This document shows, piece after piece, positions 34,052 through 43,643 of a DNA stretch of 64,000 bases. A program made the position numbers and the translations under genes. The stretch is from an uncultured Alphaproteobacteria bacterium (GTDB lineage: Bacteria; Pseudomonadota; Alphaproteobacteria; Rs-D84), in the NCBI GenBank assembly GCA_944389465.1, contig CALXML010000001.1:487-64486 (forward strand). The letters run 5' to 3'. The notes under the pieces were generated by a model. That model did no database searches and was not told the DNA's origin. It was given only the letters and a program-made list of their open reading frames with translations. Position 1 is the stretch's first letter; each line of letters begins with the position of its first letter.

Positions 34052-34914
34052 TTTTCAAAATCCTTGTTGGTTGCCAGTGGGTGATGTAATTGAACTGTTT
34101 CTTTTAACTTTTCTGGCAAAACGTGTGTATAAATTTGTGTTGTGGATATATCTTCGTGTCCCAGCATTGTTTGTATCGCGCGCAGATTTGCGCCACCCGC
34201 CAACAGGTGTGATGCAAATGAATGGCGCAGTACGTGCGGACTGACCCGATTGGGGTCAATGCCGGCCAATACCGCACATTTTTTCAGTATTTTAAAAAAT
34301 CCATCACGCGTGATATGGCCGCTTTTTCCAGTTGATGGGAAAACATATTTTGATTTGTCGTTACCACGAATTTCCAGCCATTTATGTAATGCAGCGCGGG
34401 CACGTTCATGCATGGGAACAATGCGTTCCTTGGCTCCCTTGCCATGGATTAATAATTTATCGCCCAAATTTGCAGTCATTGGTAATTCGCATAATTCTGA
34501 TACGCGCAGACCAGATGCATATACCAATTCCAGCATTGCGCGCAGTCTGGTTGCATTACGTACATCGCCCGCCGATGAAATTAATAATTCTATTTCATCA
34601 ACTGATAAAAATTTTGGTAATGTGCGTGTGCGTTTGGGTAATTCCAAGTTTGCTGCCGGATTTTCAGAAATAATTTTTTCCAGCATTAAAAATTTGTAAA
34701 AACCGCGCAGGGCACTGGCCTTGCGTGCAATGGAAGAGGGCCGTTCCTGCAGATGTGATAAATAATTTTGCACATCATTTGCTGTTGCGTTCATCAGACC
34801 GCCAGAAATATTTTCATCTGCCTGATGTAAATCACTGGCATAACTGGCCAATGTTTTTGTACTGCGACCACGTTCAGCAGACAGGGCTTCTAAAAAAACA
34901 TCTATGTAATTCAT
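34048..34914 (-). CDS. xerD: site-specific tyrosine recombinase XerD-like
   Basis: ASGLRVSELCEL, HGKGAKERIVP, HVLRHSFASHLLAGGANLRAIQTMLGHEDISTTQIYTHV (R-K-H-R-H-Y signature). Confidence 0.85.
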   Translation of the reverse strand: MNYIDVFLEALSAERGRSTKTLASYASDLHQADENISGGLMNATANDVQNYLSHLQERPSSIARKASALRGFYKFLMLEKIISENPAANLELPKRTRTLPKFLSVDEIELLISSAGDVRNATRLRAMLELVYASGLRVSELCELPMTANLGDKLLIHGKGAKERIVPMHERARAALHKWLEIRGNDKSKYVFPSTGKSGHITRDGFFKILKKCAVLAGIDPNRVSPHVLRHSFASHLLAGGANLRAIQTMLGHEDISTTQIYTHVLPEKLKETVQLHHPLATNKDFEK

Positions 34915-35063
34915 TATGGATACAGGACTATTTCAGTTACGTTTTGGGTGGCGGGGAATGATATTATCATTAATATCACCAATACGGCAATCAGTGTCCA
35001 GATAATGATTTTGTTGCGTTTTGTGTTCTTTTTACGTAATGGCATAACTTGTTCCTTTATATA

Positions 35064-36125
35064 TTATATGGTGTCAAAACTGGTTATGAATACCCCAGAT
35101 GCAGCAATAATTATTAATGGGGGCGCAACAATCGCCAACAGCGGTGGTACAACACCGGTTGAACCCAGTGCGCTGAACATATTTACCAAGAAATATAACG
35201 CAAAGCAGGTTAAAATTCCGATGCCAAATTTTACACCAAAACTGTAATTTCTGCGTTGGCGGGTTTGGGAAAATGCAACCCCCAATGTTGCCATTGCAAC
35301 CATGGTCAGTGGTAAAAACAGTAATGTCCAAAATTGAACCAAATGGGCACGGACAGGAACGCCTATTTTTTGCATCTTTTTTATAAATTGTGGTAATTCC
35401 CAGAATGAAATTTGGTCAGGTTGCAGGTATCTGTCCAGAACGGTTTGTGGATTTAACAATGTTTTCATATGCCAATCTGAAACAGTTGGAACACCGACAT
35501 CGTTCCAAGATGTGGCCTTGGTCGCGTTTAATCCATTTTCTGACAAAGTAACTGTTTGTGCCTGAACACGTTGGGTCAATTTAAAGTCTGAATTTTGTAT
35601 ATATATTGTTGCATTATCAAATAATAATATGTTTCCGGATTTATGCATATTTTTTGCATTCATTGTAATGTATCCGTGTTCAGATGATTCACGTAACCAT
35701 ATTTCATCATCAATCAGTACCAAATGGTCGGGGGTTATATCCTGTGAATTAAGGTTTACTGAATACGGGTTTAAAACGGTTGTTGCAACAATACCAATTA
35801 ATGCAGCACCGGTTAAAAATGGACGCGCCATTTGATATGGGGATAAACCCGCACTGGCAATAATAATTTTTTCACTGGATTTTGTCAGATTGTATGACGC
35901 CAGTAATGTTCCCATAAATACAGCCAATGGTAAAAACATTGGTACATATTCCAATAATCTACGCCATGTGTCCGCCAATGCAGCCAATGCCGTTGGGTTA
36001 GAAGGCAGACGTTCCACAAATGTTATTGCCATGATTATGCCGCACACGACCAGCATAACCAATCCAACACCAGAAAAGAATCTGCGTAATAAAAAGCGTT
36101 TTAAAATTTTTGGTCTTGATTTCAT
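35064..36125 (-). CDS. LPS export ABC transporter permease, LptF/LptG (YjgP/YjgQ) family
   Basis: 353 aa. Three N-terminal TM segments, a periplasmic domain and three C-terminal TM segments, typical of YjgP/YjgQ proteins. Confidence 0.7.
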   Translation of the reverse strand: MKSRPKILKRFLLRRFFSGVGLVMLVVCGIIMAITFVERLPSNPTALAALADTWRRLLEYVPMFLPLAVFMGTLLASYNLTKSSEKIIIASAGLSPYQMARPFLTGAALIGIVATTVLNPYSVNLNSQDITPDHLVLIDDEIWLRESSEHGYITMNAKNMHKSGNILLFDNATIYIQNSDFKLTQRVQAQTVTLSENGLNATKATSWNDVGVPTVSDWHMKTLLNPQTVLDRYLQPDQISFWELPQFIKKMQKIGVPVRAHLVQFWTLLFLPLTMVAMATLGVAFSQTRQRRNYSFGVKFGIGILTCFALYFLVNMFSALGSTGVVPPLLAIVAPPLIIIAASGVFITSFDTI

Positions 36126-36226
36126 AACTTTATATTTAACTAAAAAAGTATAGCCTGTTCATTTGATAATTGCAAAATTAAAATGAATGCTTATAATTTC
36201 AACAAAAATATACAGGATAGGTAACA

Positions 36227-36697
36227 ATGGAAAAAAAACCGATTTCACGGGCTGGATTTGACGGCCTGATTAAAGAATTAAAGGATTTAAAGGAAATTCA
36301 ACGTCCGGAAATATTGAAAACAGTGCAATGGGCACGGTCGTTGGGTGATTTGTCTGAAAATGCTGATTACAGTGCGGCCAAGGAAAAACAACGCCAAATT
36401 GACAAGCGTATTCAATTCATAGAAGATTTTATTAATAATGCTGATGTTATTGATGTGGACAGTTTGACTGGTGACCGTGTTGTTTTTGGTGCATGTGTCG
36501 TTGCCGAAGATGAGGATGGCAACCGTATGCAATGTCGTATTTTGTCCGATATAGAATCGGATGGTCGGCAAATTATTTCCTGTACGTCGCCAGTTGGGCG
36601 GGCAATGATTGGTAAATGCGTTGGTGATACGTGTATTGTGAAATTACCCAGCGGTGAAAAGGAATATGAAATACTGGAAGTAAAATTTAAAGAGTAG
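36227..36697 (+). CDS. greA: transcription elongation factor GreA
   Basis: ARSLGDLSENADYSAAKEKQ ... ISCTSPVGRAMIGK. Confidence 0.9.
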   Translation: MEKKPISRAGFDGLIKELKDLKEIQRPEILKTVQWARSLGDLSENADYSAAKEKQRQIDKRIQFIEDFINNADVIDVDSLTGDRVVFGACVVAEDEDGNRMQCRILSDIESDGRQIISCTSPVGRAMIGKCVGDTCIVKLPSGEKEYEILEVKFKE

Positions 36698-36706
36698 GCC
36701 GCGTAT

Positions 36707-38473
36707 ATGCCGATTCGCGTTTTACCAGATTTTTTAATAAATCAAATTGCCGCCGGCGAGGTTGTGGAACGCCCCGCCAGTGTGGTCAAGGAACTGGTTG
36801 AAAATGCATTGGATGCTGGGGCTGACCAGATTGTCATAGATGTGGCTGATGGTGGGCGCACCATGATTTCTGTTATTGATAATGGGTGTGGAATGTCGCG
36901 TGATGATTTGGCACACTGTATTATGCGGCATGCGACATCTAAATTACCATCTGATGATTTATTAAATATTAATTTTATGGGCTTTCGTGGTGAAGCGTTG
37001 CCATCAATTGCATCTGTGTCTGATATGACAATTGATACATATAATGGTGTGGATGAAAATGGGTGGCAAATTAATTGTTCCACCGGTGAAATCAGACCAT
37101 CAGACTGGGATGCTGGGACACGTATTCGGGCATGTAATTTATTTGCAAAAACGCCGGCCAGATTAAAATTTTTACGCGGTGACAGGGCGGAAATGATGTC
37201 TGTGTTGGATGTTGTTAAACGTTTGGCCATGGCGCGACCGGATGTTGGGTTTACATTAAATAATAAATGGCGATTCCCAAAAAATCAGGATATGGGCGAA
37301 CGAATCGCTGCCGTTATGGGTGATGATGTGCGGGGGCGGATGTTGGCGGTTGATGCAGTATCTGGGTCTGATGCATCACTGAAATTACATGGCTTTATTT
37401 CTGAACCCACATTGCGGCGTGCGTCATCTGTTGACCAGTTTTTATTTGTAAATGGCCGGCCGGTAAAGGACAAGGTTTTGGTTGGTGCATTGCGTGCGGC
37501 ATATATGGATGTTATGCATGCACGTGAATTTCCATTGTGTGCATTATATTTGGAAACAAATCCGCGCAATGTGGATGTTAATGTTTCCCCCGCCAAGACC
37601 GAGGTACACTTTTTAGAACCATCGCATGTGCGTGCGTTTATTATAAAGTCGTTGCGTGATGTGTTGTCACAGACTTTGTCTGACAGGGTGGCAAATACTG
37701 CTGAAAATCAGGTGGTTGTGAATAATACAGATGTACGACCGGTTGCGGGGCAAAATATAAATTTTGCAGAATTTCAATTTCGTGCATGTTCGCCACAACA
37801 CAGTGGTGCCGACAGTGCATTTATGTTTGAAACAAACAAAATATCCAACAGTGGCCAGATAAATGAAAAGGTGGTACATGTGGCGCATGCTGATAATGGT
37901 GATGATAATTTACCACTGGGGCGTGTTATTGGGCAAATTGGAAATAAATATATATTGGCACAAAGCGGTGAAAATTTGGTAATTGTTGACCAGCATGCCG
38001 CGCATGAACGTATTACATATGAACGCCTGCGACGGTATGCGATAAAATCACAACCATTATTAACCCCAATTGTTGTGGCGTTGCGGTCAGAAGATGTGAT
38101 GGCGGTTGTATCAATTGCCGATGAAATGCGCAAATCAGGTCTGCATGTTGATGCGTTTGGTGACGATGCGGTTGCTGTGTTTGAAAAGCCCGCTGATTGG
38201 GATTTAAATTGGGCTGATTTATTTCATGCAATCGCGGACGAGGTTCGCGCCAACGGGCATTCATCGCAATTGTCTGAACGGCTGCATTTAAAATTGGCAA
38301 ATTATGCATGTCATCACAGTGTGCGGGCAGGGCAAAAATTGGATATGGCCCAGATGGATGCGCTGTTACGTGATGTGGAACGTACAAATCGTGGTGGTGA
38401 ATGCAATCATGGGCGGCCTGTGTATAAAATAATTCCCTTGGTGGACATAGATGGTTGGTTTGAACGTATATAG
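36707..38473 (+). CDS. mutL: DNA mismatch repair protein MutL
   Basis: IRVLPDFLINQIAAGEVVERPASVVKELVENALDAG, GFRGEAL, and C-terminal dimerisation domain motifs. Confidence 0.95.
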   Translation: MPIRVLPDFLINQIAAGEVVERPASVVKELVENALDAGADQIVIDVADGGRTMISVIDNGCGMSRDDLAHCIMRHATSKLPSDDLLNINFMGFRGEALPSIASVSDMTIDTYNGVDENGWQINCSTGEIRPSDWDAGTRIRACNLFAKTPARLKFLRGDRAEMMSVLDVVKRLAMARPDVGFTLNNKWRFPKNQDMGERIAAVMGDDVRGRMLAVDAVSGSDASLKLHGFISEPTLRRASSVDQFLFVNGRPVKDKVLVGALRAAYMDVMHAREFPLCALYLETNPRNVDVNVSPAKTEVHFLEPSHVRAFIIKSLRDVLSQTLSDRVANTAENQVVVNNTDVRPVAGQNINFAEFQFRACSPQHSGADSAFMFETNKISNSGQINEKVVHVAHADNGDDNLPLGRVIGQIGNKYILAQSGENLVIVDQHAAHERITYERLRRYAIKSQPLLTPIVVALRSEDVMAVVSIADEMRKSGLHVDAFGDDAVAVFEKPADWDLNWADLFHAIADEVRANGHSSQLSERLHLKLANYACHHSVRAGQKLDMAQMDALLRDVERTNRGGECNHGRPVYKIIPLVDIDGWFERI

Positions 38474-38561
38474 ATTGGCTGATTTATAACTATTTTTCTT
38501 TACATAACCGGCTTTTTTTTCTATTCTGGTACATAATAATTAACTGTTAAGGAGAAAAAAT

Positions 38562-38879
38562 ATGCAAGAAACAACCGCTGTTGCAGAAACAACCAGTCAA
38601 GCCGTTGAACAGGCAGCCGTACAAACAACTGATTGGTGGGGTTTGTTACTGTATTGTGTAATTATTTTCGCAATCATTTATTTCTTTATGGTGCGTCCAA
38701 ATAAAAAGCGCATGGCCGAATATCAAAAAATGATTGATTCTATTCGGGTGGGCAATCGTATTATGGCCGCTGGGATTTATGGCGTGGTTAAAAAAATAAA
38801 TGAAAAAACAATTGAAATGGAAATTGCAGATGGCGTTGTCATAGAAGTAACCAAGGGCGCAATCGCAAGTGTTGAGTAA
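38562..38879 (+). CDS. yajC: preprotein translocase subunit YajC
   Basis: A single TM segment followed by FFMVRPNKKRMAEYQKMIDSIRVGNRIMAAGIYG. Confidence 0.85.
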   Translation: MQETTAVAETTSQAVEQAAVQTTDWWGLLLYCVIIFAIIYFFMVRPNKKRMAEYQKMIDSIRVGNRIMAAGIYGVVKKINEKTIEMEIADGVVIEVTKGAIASVE

Positions 38880-38891
38880 AAGGGTAATAGT

Positions 38892-40454
38892 ATGTTTAAA
38901 AAACTGGCAATAATTTTTGTCGCGGTATTTGGCGTATTGCTGGCGGTGCCGACAATCGCACCAAATTTAGCACCTTATTTTCCATCATGGATTCAGCCAA
39001 TCCCATTGGGGTTGGATTTAAAGGGTGGTGCACAGTTGTTATTAGAGGTTGATACCAATACAATGATGCAGGAAAAATCTGTGCAATTGTATGAAGAGGC
39101 CCGCAGTGCACTGATTGATAGGGACAAGGGTGTTATCAGATTTTCAAATATGCGTAACAAGGACGGCGTTGTGTCGTTCGTTGTTCGTAACGATGAAGAT
39201 GTATCGCGCGCACGTGGCAGATTAAGAAGCGTCTTTGGTGATAGTGTGGATATTTCTGTTGATGGTCGCACAATGTCGTTGGCTTATTCACAACGGGCCA
39301 AGGATGAAATGGTTCAGGACGCTTTGTCGCGCAGTATTGAAATTGTTCGTCGTCGTATTGATGCATTGGGAACCAAAGAGCCATCTATTCAAAGTCAGGG
39401 CGGAAAATACATTTTGGTTCAATTGCCGGGGGTTGATAATCCAGAACGGATTAAGGAATTAATTGGTCAAACTGCAAAAATGACTTTCCATCTGGTGAAC
39501 GAAGATGTTACCGCTGAACAATTGGCATCTGGACATGCGCCAAAGGGAACTGAATTTTTGCCATATATTGATGCACCTGAACAAAAGATTCCTGTGTATA
39601 CGCATGTGGAAGTTTCGGGCGATTCGTTAAAGGATTCACAGGCTGATTTTGACCAAAATAATATGCCGGTTGTAACAACTGTGTTTGATGCGGCGGGGGC
39701 ACGTAAATTTGCCAGATTAACCACAGAACACGTGAATGAACGATTCGCAATTGTTTTAGACGGCGAGGTTTTATCCGCCCCAACAATTCGTGAACCCATT
39801 CCGGGGGGGCGTGGTCAAATTTCCGGTGGCTTTACATTACAGGGGGCCAAGGATTTAGCCGTGCTGTTGCGCAGTGGTGCATTGCCAGCACCGTTACAGG
39901 TCATAGAAGAAAGAACTGTTGGTGCAGGTTTGGGTGCTGATACGATAGAGGCCGGAAAAATAGCATCTTTTGTTGGTGTCATATTTATTATGATATTTAT
40001 GATTGTTTGCTATCGGGGCTTTGGTGTAATTGCCAGTTTTGTTTTGCTGATTAATTTGGCAATGATTATTGGTATATCTGCACTGTTGGGGGCGACGTTA
40101 ACGTTGCCGGGGATTGCAGGTATCGTTTTAACATTGGGTATGGCCGTGGATGCAAACATATTGCCGTTTGAACGAATACGTGATGAAATTCGTGCTGGGG
40201 CAACCCCGTTGCGCGCAGTAGAGGCCGGATTCCATCGTTCTATGAAGGCTGTTTTGGATGGAAATTTAACCAATTTGATTTGTTCGCTGGTTTTGTTCCA
40301 GTTTGGTGCAGGTCCGATTCGCGGTTTCGCGGTGACGTTATCGGTTGGTGTTTTGACAACTTTATTTACATGCGTATCTTTGTCCAAGGTTATTATTGAT
40401 TGGTACATGAACGGCAAAAATAAAAAAATTAGTTATGTAAAGACTGATAAGTAA
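38892..40454 (+). CDS. secD: protein translocase subunit SecD
   Basis: LGLDLKGGAQLLLEVD, and C-terminal TM bundle motifs LTLPGIAGIVLTLGMAVDANIL. Confidence 0.95.
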   Translation: MFKKLAIIFVAVFGVLLAVPTIAPNLAPYFPSWIQPIPLGLDLKGGAQLLLEVDTNTMMQEKSVQLYEEARSALIDRDKGVIRFSNMRNKDGVVSFVVRNDEDVSRARGRLRSVFGDSVDISVDGRTMSLAYSQRAKDEMVQDALSRSIEIVRRRIDALGTKEPSIQSQGGKYILVQLPGVDNPERIKELIGQTAKMTFHLVNEDVTAEQLASGHAPKGTEFLPYIDAPEQKIPVYTHVEVSGDSLKDSQADFDQNNMPVVTTVFDAAGARKFARLTTEHVNERFAIVLDGEVLSAPTIREPIPGGRGQISGGFTLQGAKDLAVLLRSGALPAPLQVIEERTVGAGLGADTIEAGKIASFVGVIFIMIFMIVCYRGFGVIASFVLLINLAMIIGISALLGATLTLPGIAGIVLTLGMAVDANILPFERIRDEIRAGATPLRAVEAGFHRSMKAVLDGNLTNLICSLVLFQFGAGPIRGFAVTLSVGVLTTLFTCVSLSKVIIDWYMNGKNKKISYVKTDK

Positions 40455-40466
40455 GGGGTTGGTATT

Positions 40467-41333
40467 ATGAAACTGAAATTTATGAAGTATCGCAAGTTAT
40501 CGTACTGGATTGCCGGTGCTTTAATTGGGTTGTCAATTATATCGTTGGCTTTTCGTGGGTTAAATTATGGTATTGATTTTGCAGGTGGGATATCTATGGA
40601 GGTAAAACCCGTATCTGCCGAATATACCATTGATAAAATGCGTGCTGATTTGGAACAGTTTAATCCTGAATTGCAATCTGTGGGTGATAATGGTGCGATT
40701 TTGGTGCGTGTTGGTTTGCCACGTGGGGCAACCGATGCAGAACAAAATCAGCGTGTAACAGAAATCAAAGATATATTGGGTGATAAAGTTGAATATTCAC
40801 AGGTACAAATTGTTGGACCAAAAATTGGCGGCGAATTGGTGCGCGGTGGAATATTGGCGATATTGTTTTCGTTCCTGTTGATGTCTGTGTACGTGTGGGT
40901 TCGTTATCGTGGTGGATATGCAATTGGTTCTTTTATATCATTGTGTTTGGACTTTGTCATAATGTTTGGATTCTTTTCCATTACAGGACTGGAATTTAAT
41001 CAGACGGCAATTGCGGTTATATTAATGGGCGTTGGATATTCCATTAATGACAAGGTTGTTAATTATGACCGCATAGAAGAAAATATTAAAAAATATCACA
41101 AAATGCCAATGGACGATTTAATTGATTTGTCTGTAAATGAAATGATGCGGCGTACAATTATGACGGGTGTATCAACCATATTGGCGATGGTTGCGCTGTT
41201 CCTGTTCGGTGGGCCGGCGTTGCGTGACTTTGCAATTGCGATGACGTTCGCGGTCGTGATGGGAACATTTACCAGTATTTATATTTCTAATGTTATTTTG
41301 TATCACTTTAATTTGCGTGATGATACAAAATAG
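40467..41333 (+). CDS. secF: protein translocase subunit SecF
   Basis: GLNYGIDFAGG, and a C-terminal TM bundle. It directly follows secD. Confidence 0.95.
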   Translation: MKLKFMKYRKLSYWIAGALIGLSIISLAFRGLNYGIDFAGGISMEVKPVSAEYTIDKMRADLEQFNPELQSVGDNGAILVRVGLPRGATDAEQNQRVTEIKDILGDKVEYSQVQIVGPKIGGELVRGGILAILFSFLLMSVYVWVRYRGGYAIGSFISLCLDFVIMFGFFSITGLEFNQTAIAVILMGVGYSINDKVVNYDRIEENIKKYHKMPMDDLIDLSVNEMMRRTIMTGVSTILAMVALFLFGGPALRDFAIAMTFAVVMGTFTSIYISNVILYHFNLRDDTK

Positions 41334-41369
41334 TGGCAATTCGTCGCAACCAAACAGGGGGGAAGTATA

Positions 41370-42875
41370 ATGAGAATAAAAAAATTCTTTATATTTGCGA
41401 TTTTGGCTTTGGTTGCGATGCCTTGTTTTGCGGACAGTTTGTTTTTTGAAGATGAGCCCGTACAGGATGGGTTAAATGTTTTTGATGTGTCTGCAACTTT
41501 TGCTGATATTTATGAAAAATTAGACGGCGTTAAATGGGCCGGTAAAAATATAAACGTTGCAATTGAAAGTTTGGAAAATTTAAATACGCATGCGCATATT
41601 GCTGCAACTGATGAACGGGTTGTGTTGGTGTGGGATGATGCAATTATTGCAAATTATCCACGCCCCGCACCAAATGATTGGAACGGATTTGGTGAAATAA
41701 CAACGGCGTTGGTATTAAAACTGCGCGCAAATGATTCGGTGTTGCATAATGCATCAACCAGCCAAATGTATCAAATGGTTGTGGACAGTTTAATGCGTGG
41801 TATTGATGAAAATGGACGCTATATTTATTCACGTGCCGCAGAGATTGCCGAAGACGGACGGATTTTAACCAGTGTTGGTTTGGAAGGGGCGCGTGACACG
41901 CGTGGTAATTGGCGCGTTACCGGAATATTCAAGGATTCACCCGCCGATACCGCCGGAATAAAAGAGGGCGATTTAATCGTTTCTGTAAATGGGGTAAATG
42001 TTGCGGATATGTCTGATGCTGATTTGTCGGGGGCAATGTCCGGATTTAATTCAGGGACGTCTAAATTAAAGGTTTTATCACCAAATGGTGCAAAAGATGT
42101 TGTTTTACGTCGTGCAACTGTGATTTTGGCGGATGCTGATGTTGTTCATCGCAGTGATGCTGAAACTGGGGGAATATTGGAAATTGTTGTTCACAAGGTT
42201 TCTGATAATACTGCATCCATTGTGAACGAGGCTTTGGCAAAATATCCCGATATTTCTGGAATTATTTTAGATATGCGGGCCGCAACTGGTGATGATGAAA
42301 GGGCGGCGGCAAAATTGGCGGGTTTATTTATCGGGCAACAGCCTGTGATGCGGATTGTTGAAACGGCCAAGGATGAAGTAGAGGTTATCCCCGGTGGGGC
42401 GGCGGTTACAGATGTGCCGGTGGTTGTTTTAATGTCTAATATGACGCGTGGCACAGCCGAGGCCATAGTCGCAGCATTTTATGAAAATGGGCGTGGTGTT
42501 TTGGTTGGAACGCCAACTGCCGGTAATGCACGAATTGCAACACGGATAAATTTGAATAATGGCGGGGCGTTGGAACTGTTAAACAAATCCATTAAAACAG
42601 GCAAGGGGCGCGTAATAGATGGACGCGGAATTTTCCCAATTGTTTGTTTGTCTAATATTCGTTCTGTGAATCAGCAAGATGCATTTTTCTTGAACGTGAT
42701 AAACAATGATTTTAATTCACAGGATTTTAATGATAAGCCCGATGTTAATGCAGAAGATATTCGGCGTGGATGTCCGGTGATTACCAGTGGTGCGGATGAA
42801 GATGCGCTGGCGTCGGCCGTATCTGCAAAAATATTGACGGATTCCAAGGTTTATAATAAACTGATAGCAGAATAA
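41370..42875 (+). CDS. S41 (C-terminal processing peptidase) family protein with a PDZ domain; catalytic residues possibly substituted
   Basis: Signal peptide, PDZ domain (GIFKDSPADTAGIKEGDLIVSVNG) and an S41 core (ILDMRAATG..., VLVGTPTAG). Confidence 0.7.
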   Translation: MRIKKFFIFAILALVAMPCFADSLFFEDEPVQDGLNVFDVSATFADIYEKLDGVKWAGKNINVAIESLENLNTHAHIAATDERVVLVWDDAIIANYPRPAPNDWNGFGEITTALVLKLRANDSVLHNASTSQMYQMVVDSLMRGIDENGRYIYSRAAEIAEDGRILTSVGLEGARDTRGNWRVTGIFKDSPADTAGIKEGDLIVSVNGVNVADMSDADLSGAMSGFNSGTSKLKVLSPNGAKDVVLRRATVILADADVVHRSDAETGGILEIVVHKVSDNTASIVNEALAKYPDISGIILDMRAATGDDERAAAKLAGLFIGQQPVMRIVETAKDEVEVIPGGAAVTDVPVVVLMSNMTRGTAEAIVAAFYENGRGVLVGTPTAGNARIATRINLNNGGALELLNKSIKTGKGRVIDGRGIFPIVCLSNIRSVNQQDAFFLNVINNDFNSQDFNDKPDVNAEDIRRGCPVITSGADEDALASAVSAKILTDSKVYNKLIAE

Positions 42876-42901
42876 TTTTATATCGCAAATGGTGGTGTGT
42901 T

Positions 42902-43597
42902 ATGTTTTTAACAACTGACAATAAATTAAAATGGAATTGGATTACGTGTGGGGCGGCAATAACTGCGGCGTTGGTGGTTTCTGGAATCGCGTGGTTTGAT
43001 AAACCGCTGTATTTATTTATGCGTCAGTTTGATTGCCGGTTGTGGCATTTGTTTGATTGGCTGTTTGATGCCAAAATGTGGATATTTGTTTCATTTATTG
43101 TGTTGTTGGCGTTTTATATTAAAAAAAGTATTAAACAAAAACCACGTTACAGAAATCATAATAATCAGCCCAGTTTCAGGGCTTTGTGTAATGATGCGTT
43201 TGATAAAATTCGTAACAGTTATGCGTTCTATGTTTTGTGTTCCGTATTGGCGGCCAGCATAGTTGGTAAAATTTTGAAAATAGTTATTGGGCGTATGCGT
43301 CCTGTGTTCTTTGAAGCATTGGACAAGGTTGGCTTTGTGCCATTTTCAACAGATTGGGCGTTTAATTCAATGCCGTCTGGGCATACGTTTGCATCGTTTG
43401 CAGGGTTGGTTATGTTGGGATTGTTGGCACCAAAAATAAAATGGTTTACATGGTCGTTGGCAATAATTATTGGGCTGTCGCGTATATGTGTTGGTGCACA
43501 TTGGCCATCAGATGTTATTTTTGGGGCTTTTATTGGTATGGTTGCGGCAGATGTGGTAAAGGCCGGATTAAAGCATTACAATTCTGAAAATAATTAA
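42902..43597 (+). CDS. PAP2-family phosphatase (membrane)
   Basis: KxxxxxxRP (KIVIGRMRP), PSGH (SMPSGHT) and SRxxxxxHxxxD (SRICVGAHWPSD). Confidence 0.85.
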   Translation: MFLTTDNKLKWNWITCGAAITAALVVSGIAWFDKPLYLFMRQFDCRLWHLFDWLFDAKMWIFVSFIVLLAFYIKKSIKQKPRYRNHNNQPSFRALCNDAFDKIRNSYAFYVLCSVLAASIVGKILKIVIGRMRPVFFEALDKVGFVPFSTDWAFNSMPSGHTFASFAGLVMLGLLAPKIKWFTWSLAIIIGLSRICVGAHWPSDVIFGAFIGMVAADVVKAGLKHYNSENN

Positions 43598-43643
43598 TTA
43601 TTTGTCTGAATGCCCCTAACATTTTTATCTTTTTTGTGATAAA

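Noticed and set aside
34048-34914. Assigning the XerD-like gene as the dedicated invertase of the switches
   Set aside because: It has all the features of the housekeeping XerD and is not adjacent to two of the three switches. It is kept only as a candidate (see findings), not as a call.
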